From assembly GCA_964016885.1 (NCBI GenBank), contig OZ024743.1, positions 349,866,001 to 349,930,000 of the forward strand: 64,000 nucleotides of DNA. The letters run 5' to 3'. Position numbers and translations under genes: made by a program. The stretch is from Eledone cirrhosa. Taxonomy: Eukaryota. Below are positions 58,166 to 64,000 of the stretch, piece by piece. Under the pieces are notes generated by a model. It was not told the DNA's origin. It was given only the letters and a program-made list of their open reading frames with translations, and did no database searches. Position 1 is the stretch's first letter; every line of letters starts with the position of its first letter.

Positions 58166-58318
58166 CAAAGAAGTTGTGGTAAGATACCAGGTGGACCATA
58201 ACGCACCAGTGTACTCGATAGTAGTAGAGTGGGTAATCGACAGTTCGGATCTAGCTCTCGAAACAGCCGGAGCTCAGCCGTCATGGTCCTGACTGTTTTC
58301 CATATATATTTATATACT

Positions 58319-58378
<60 letters not shown>

Positions 58379-58400
58379 GATTAGGAGGGTCATTCTACCA
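58160..58400 (+). mobile_element. Dispersed, diverged copy (opposite orientation) of the array segment 29380-29555
   Basis: GTGGTAAG...GGACCATAACGCA...ATCTAGCT.TCGAAAC.GCCGGAGCTCAGCCGTC..GGTCCTGACT.TTTTCC, then microsatellite and GGAGGGTCAT, the same linkage as in the array. Confidence 0.8.
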
Positions 58401-59199
58401 GATGAGTTTCATTTCGGTGTTATTATTATTAGTAAGATAATTGATCCATTCCTCGGTTAGTTTAATTTAATTCTCATATTTAGTTGTCAAAGTCTGTCAA
58501 TGAATATATTGCTTTTCCGTGTCTCTTCGTTTTAATTTAATTTTATTTAATCCATGCTCAGTGAAATGCAGTTTTTCATCTTTCTATAAAATAGGATTAC
58601 ATTCTTAACCTCTCAGTCAAAGTTCTTGATATATTTCGGATCACATGTCTTTGATAAATTTATACAACTAAAATCTCTTCAAATTTAGCGTATGGTATTG
58701 AAATTGGATGGATATGTTAAATAAAGGAGTTTCATATATAATATGACATGAAATGGTTGTGGGTGTAACGCTGTTGGAATGATAAATATATTCAGTAATT
58801 TTAATCCAGTAGATATCTTTTGACCATCCTTTTATTCTTTTTTTCCTATTTTTTTTTGCTGTTTAGTCAGAGATGGAAGGACACATTTTAGCATCAGACT
58901 TGACTCTGTTTAACATCGGGTAGTCATGTCGAAACAAATACCGCAAGGCAATTTCTACTATGCTCTAATGACTATTCATGACTATAATGATTCAACAGCT
59001 AACTATTCTTTAAATAAAAATATAAATTCCATATGAGGAAATAAATGTAATTATTATAAAAAAGAAAATTTTCGCTCTACATTTTCGAATATAAATAATA
59101 ATATTCGATTCGTTTGCAATTATGCAAACAAGCCTCAATTTTATAGCCATGTCAGTAGAATGAACCCTTCGTTCTTGCTCTTGTGTTGGCATGTGAACA

Positions 59200-59249
59200 G
59201 AACTGCAGACACTAATGTTTCTGGGTATCACCCTTCATCAGTACAGCTC
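59200..59249 (-). ncRNA. Type I hammerhead motif (left arm)
   Basis: GAGCTGTA-CTGATGA-A-GGGT-GAT-ACCC-A-GAAA-CATTAGTG-TC-TGCAGTTC on the minus strand. Confidence 0.7.
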
Positions 59250-59480
59250 ACTGTTCACCTGCCAAACTGTCAGAGCTAGTGAACATATATGCTATTTTCA
59301 AAAATACATTGACTTTCCAGTCTGCTAATATGCAAATCGGGCTGATCAGTGGATCTGCTAATATGCAGATCTGACTGATCGGCCAATCTACTAATATGCA
59401 AATCAGGCCGATCAGTCACTGTGTATTTTTGAAAATAGTATATATTTTCACTAGCTCTGACTGTTTGGCAGGTGAACAGT

Positions 59481-59530
59481 GAGCTGCACTGATGAAGGGT
59501 GATACCCAGAAACATTAGTGTCTGCAGTTC
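59481..59530 (+). ncRNA. Type I hammerhead motif (right arm)
   Basis: GAGCTGCA-CTGATGA-A-GGGT-GAT-ACCC-A-GAAA-CATTAGTG-TC-TGCAGTTC; 8-bp stem I extendable by GTGAACAG/CTGTTTAC; GUC site after 59522. Confidence 0.75.
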
Positions 59531-60614
59531 TGTTTACATGCCAACACAAGAGCAAGAATGAAGGGTTCATTCTACTAACATGGCTATAAAATTGAGGCTT
59601 GTTTGCATAATTGAAAACGAATCGAATGTTATTATTAATATTCGAAAAACGCAGATAACATTTAATGTAATTATTGCTATCAAGCTCAGTTAATCCCTGT
59701 CAGAGTTCATTCCTATGATCAATGATATTACTGCATTTACATTGTTGATCATTTTTGGAGAACAGTATATATGTGAAGGCATATGGTGTTGTTACTAGGA
59801 TATTAAAATCATTGGATGTAAAATCACAGTACTAAAATCAAGGTACTGACAGGTTATGAGTAGCGTGTTATGCCCTTAAGCAAGATTGATGTTCAACTGT
59901 AAAGAATAAGGTGAACACTGGTAGCAGCTGAAAGATATCTCGGAGACGGACTGGCCTGGAAGAGTATTATAATCTAAAACAAATAAAACCTGGACAAAAC
60001 CATTGGCTTTGGACAGACTTTAACATTATTTTTTATATATCTAACACTACATTGTCTAATATTTCCCTTTTTTAAAAACGAGCGGTCATGTGGATGATCC
60101 CTAACTATGATTAAATCGTATATGTTTCGCCTTATGGTGTATATGCTCTATGTATAAGAGAACCATCTGGATTTTTACGTTAATTATAGGCTATTGTTAA
60201 CAACAAACGGTTTCAGGTTTTGTAGAGCCCCACACTCCCTTAACATACTAGTACAATACTAAACCGTTTGGAAATGAGTTTAGAAATTCATTTTGTGTGT
60301 GTCATTTAATTCAGTTAGATAAACTAGGATTAAAGTTTATTTTTAATACCACATTCACACAAACACACACGGAATAGTATTTATGGATATTTTACGTTTC
60401 TAATTTGTCGTGTCCAATGCTAGATGCTGATGCTATACACATATATATGTGCTATATCATGTTTATATGTATGTATGTTTGTATGTATGTATGTATGTAT
60501 GTATGTATGTATGTATGTATGTATGTATGTATGTATGTATGTATGTATGTATGTATGTAGGTATGTATATATGTGTGTGTTTGCATGCATGTTTCTATGT
60601 ATGTATGCATGTAT

Positions 60615-60921
60615 AAAGGGGAATGACCCCTTTCGCTCACAAATGACCATGGAATTTGCACTTAGAAGTTTCCCTCCGAGGCACAAGTCCAAGCAAGGTT
60701 GTTTCCCATGCATACTGGCCTACCCACTCCATGCCACCGATGTTGTCCAAGGTAAAGGCAATGACGATTACAGCTTGGCACCAGTGACGTAGCAACTCAT
60801 TTCTTAAATTGAGTAAACTGGAGCAATGCGAAATATAGTATCTTGCTCAAGGACACAACGCATCACCCTGTCCGAGAATCAAACTCACACTAAGTCCAAT
60901 GCTCTAACCACGAAGCCATGC
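60615..60921 (-). mobile_element. tRNA-derived CORE-like SINE
   Basis: Reverse complement of the head and core seen at 54515 (GCATGGCTTCGTGGTTAGAGCATTGG...TCCTTGAGCAAGATACT...TTGCTCCAGTTTACTCA); the (TATG)n tract at 60466-60560 lies nearby on its 3' side. Confidence 0.75.
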
Positions 60922-61048
60922 ATACAAATTTGTGTATGTGTATATGTGTGTTCGATAGAAAGCGTGTGCTCATGACAATTTATGGTATCTTTTTATTTTT
61001 ATTTTTTTCACATTCTGTATTGTATATGTTGAAGTACATTTGTATATC

Positions 61049-61082
<34 letters not shown>

Positions 61083-61984
61083 GGGGAGGGAGTGTGTGTG
61101 TCTGTGTCTGTATGTGTTCATGTGTATGTATGTGTATGTGTGTATGTGTATGTATGTGCTTACGTATGTAGGATATTCTTTATATTTGCAATGTATTTGA
61201 CAGCATTATATGGAATATACGTATGTCTTAGTAATCATAGCATAAAGTCACCTCTCACAAACAAGACTGACTACCAAATACTTTCATTTGTTCTCCATAA
61301 TCTCCGTAGAGCCACATAACTCTAACTCTCGTTCCTATTTCTTCTCCTCTTCTCATCTACTATTATCCTTGTCACCTTATATCTATGCTTTCCCAACTTC
61401 TTTCTTCTTTCAACATATTTTCTTTACAAAGTAATCATCTACATGTTGTAATAAACCGTCGTGATAATTGCGCCTCGAATTTATCCTTTTAATCTTACTG
61501 ACGCGGTTCGGAGATTATCATGAGCACGTGACAGGATTTAACAGATTCTATTGGCTTCTCATCTGAAATGGTTGCAGTCAGTTTTCGTTTTTCAATTATT
61601 TTTCGCTAGCTTCATTAATGACTGGGGCAAAATCATTACGAATGGATGTCCCGTATAAACAGAGTTTTTATTTAATACAGATCATATATATCATATTCAC
61701 TGCTGTAGAAGTCTTGCTGAACTTTTCGGAATCATACGCAAGCTGTTCAGAGAATACTATATGACGAATGACAGATTGAAGAAGGAGAAGGAGAAAGAGA
61801 AGAGAAGGGGGGAGAGAACGAGATGGGGAGTGACGAGCAGTCTCTCGTAGATAAAACAATTATTTGACTACAAACAATTATTCAGAATAAAACAACACAT
61901 CGCACATACTCACCAGCAGATATACGTTCACATACACTTAATGTACATTATGCGCCTATACAAACTCACACAGAGATATACCCC

Positions 61985-62049
<65 letters not shown>

Positions 62050-62108
62050 ATGTGCGTGTGTACGTAAAAATATATACGTATATGCATACATGCATATATA
62101 TATATATG

Positions 62109-62150
<42 letters not shown>

Positions 62151-62861
62151 GTGTGTACATAAATATATATCTGTATGTGTATATATGCATATGTATGTAT
62201 ATATATTTATATATGCATGTACACATACACACGCATACATATATAAATGTTTGTGCGTGTATGTGAGTGTGTACGTGTGCTCGTGTGTATTCGTGTATGA
62301 CTGAGAGAGAACGCATGTATGTGTTTGTGTAGGTGAATACGTGTGTGTATGTATGTATGCTAGAAAAAGTATGATCGATGGTGATATAGAGGTAGAGAGA
62401 AAAAAGACAGAGAGCGTGGTGGAGGAGATGCAAAACGTGAGTGAAATTCATTGTAAATGTGTAAGTATGCTATTGCTTCATATGTTAGTAATAACATGTT
62501 AGTAGAATGTGTGTGAAGAAATATCTCAGGGAAAATATGTGGAGTGGAAAATAGCATTTGTTCAGCAATAATATAAAATTCCAATAAATAACATTTTTGC
62601 ATATTCTTGTGTGTGGGGGGGGGTGCGTGCGTGTGTGTGTGTGTTTTGCTGTTGTTGTTGTTGTTGTTGTGTTTTTTTTTTTTGGGGGGGGGGGTTATTG
62701 GCATGTCGATTATCGCAGTAGATTAGGTTTATAACTAATTGTATGACTATACAATCCTGATATCATTAACACAGAATACAATGACTATGACGAGCATTTA
62801 AACATCTGGCATAATGCTGGAATTAACATTATGATGTTTCGTTATATCGTATTGATAGATA

Positions 62862-63958
62862 ACGTTCGACACGGCGTGAAGAGGGGGACTGTGGCAAATC
62901 CTAGAAAACCTGGGCTTCCAACAAAGTTCCCCACCATGATCACACAGCTCCATGGTGGGCAGCGTGGTCAAGTCACATTGGCAAATGACCTGGCCCAGCC
63001 CTTTTAATCACCAACCGTGTGAAGCAATGTTGCCTTCTTGCTCTCACTCGGTTCATTATATCATTCAGCATGATACTGAAACGAGCCACTAAAGACCTGC
63101 GAGAGGACGAGGAATGCCGATAGAAGCCTCTTCAAACTACGGTGGCTGAAGGAAAACACCAAAATACAGAAAAACTGATCCGGCAGTTTGATGACGATGC
63201 CACACTTGTTGTGCACACTGGAAGAGATATGCAGCGCTTTACTTTATGGTTCTTAAATGCTTCAGACCTATTTGGGCTAGGCGTCTGCTTGAAGAATACA
63301 AGTCCTCACCCAGCCTGATACCCATGATGCATACCATCCACCAAATATTTCCTTCAAGCAGGCCAAGATAAATGTGGTACAGCAGTTCTGTTACCTAGAG
63401 AGTATCAATTCCACCGATACTAGAATCGACAAGGAATTGGGCAACAGACTAACCAAAACCAGCAGTGACTTTGGGATACAAGAGAGTATGGAAAAATAAC
63501 AACCTCAAAGCAGAGATAAAGCTCAGCGTCTATAGGGCCACTCTACTAAAAACTTAGCTGCGCTGGGCAGAGCATGTTTGCAGAATGGAATACCATCGAT
63601 TGCCAAAAATCGTACATTTTTGGGATATCAAAACGGTGATGCACCCAAGAAGCGGTACACATCCATGCTAAAAAATGACCCTTACCAGTGGAATACAAAG
63701 ACGACTGACCGCAATGCTTAGCGCTGCACCACCTCACAGGCTACCTACGCATTTAAGGAAAATTGTCATATCAGTTTTGAGGAGAGGAGAGCCCGGCAGA
63801 AGTTGTGTCAGGATTGAGCCAACACAAACATTTTCGTGCGCAGCTGTGGGCAGATCTACTGATCTCAGATCGGTCATATCAATTGCCAGCATCCATGCAC
63901 GTAGGGGAACAGAGGGAACGCAACCTTTAGGTATCTTCGTATCGAAGTCATCGCCATC
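62862..63958 (+). mobile_element. Old 5'-truncated RTE (BovB-like) LINE
   Basis: Frameshifted FDT..GLWQILE..PTKF..MITQLH, VKQCCLLA, QFDDDATLVVHT, VVQQFCYLES and a terminal C2H2-like TFSC.SCGQIY segment. Confidence 0.85.
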
Positions 63959-64000
63959 ATTTATAGAGATAACAATGTTATAAGAAAATCTCCATCATGT

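Larger units (their letters stand above)
59082..59648. mobile_element. Fold-back element with ~230-bp inverted arms, each carrying a hammerhead motif
   Basis: 59082-59314 is approximately the reverse complement of 59414-59648; the centre has three ~30-bp CT(G/A)CTAATATGCA.ATC repeats. Confidence 0.9.

Overview
AT-rich, microsatellite-laden animal genomic DNA, most likely an octopod cephalopod (inferred from the SINE families and the (TA)n/(CA)n load). No complete host protein-coding gene is visible; nearly all ORFs in the track are microsatellite or repeat artefacts. Recognisable content: a candidate X-box-containing first exon (~1.6 kb), a 3.1-kb non-autonomous Helitron, several decayed RTE-clade LINEs (one with a 10-bp TSD), tRNA-derived SINEs with TSDs, and two fused hAT transposase fragments. 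An ~25-kb tandem array of 11 near-identical ~2.2-kb units spans 27.0-51.9 kb. The main non-obvious signal is a large set of type I hammerhead ribozyme (HHR) motifs of the Penelope/retrozyme kind. One with intact core nucleotides sits in every array unit, with a 12th copy 487 nt after the last. A U3-A8 covariant HHR lies in a 562-bp insert present in only one array unit. Two divergent HHRs occupy a fold-back element at 59 kb, and several more intact or decayed copies from other families are scattered through the window. All ribozyme calls are manual folds; activity and expression are untested.
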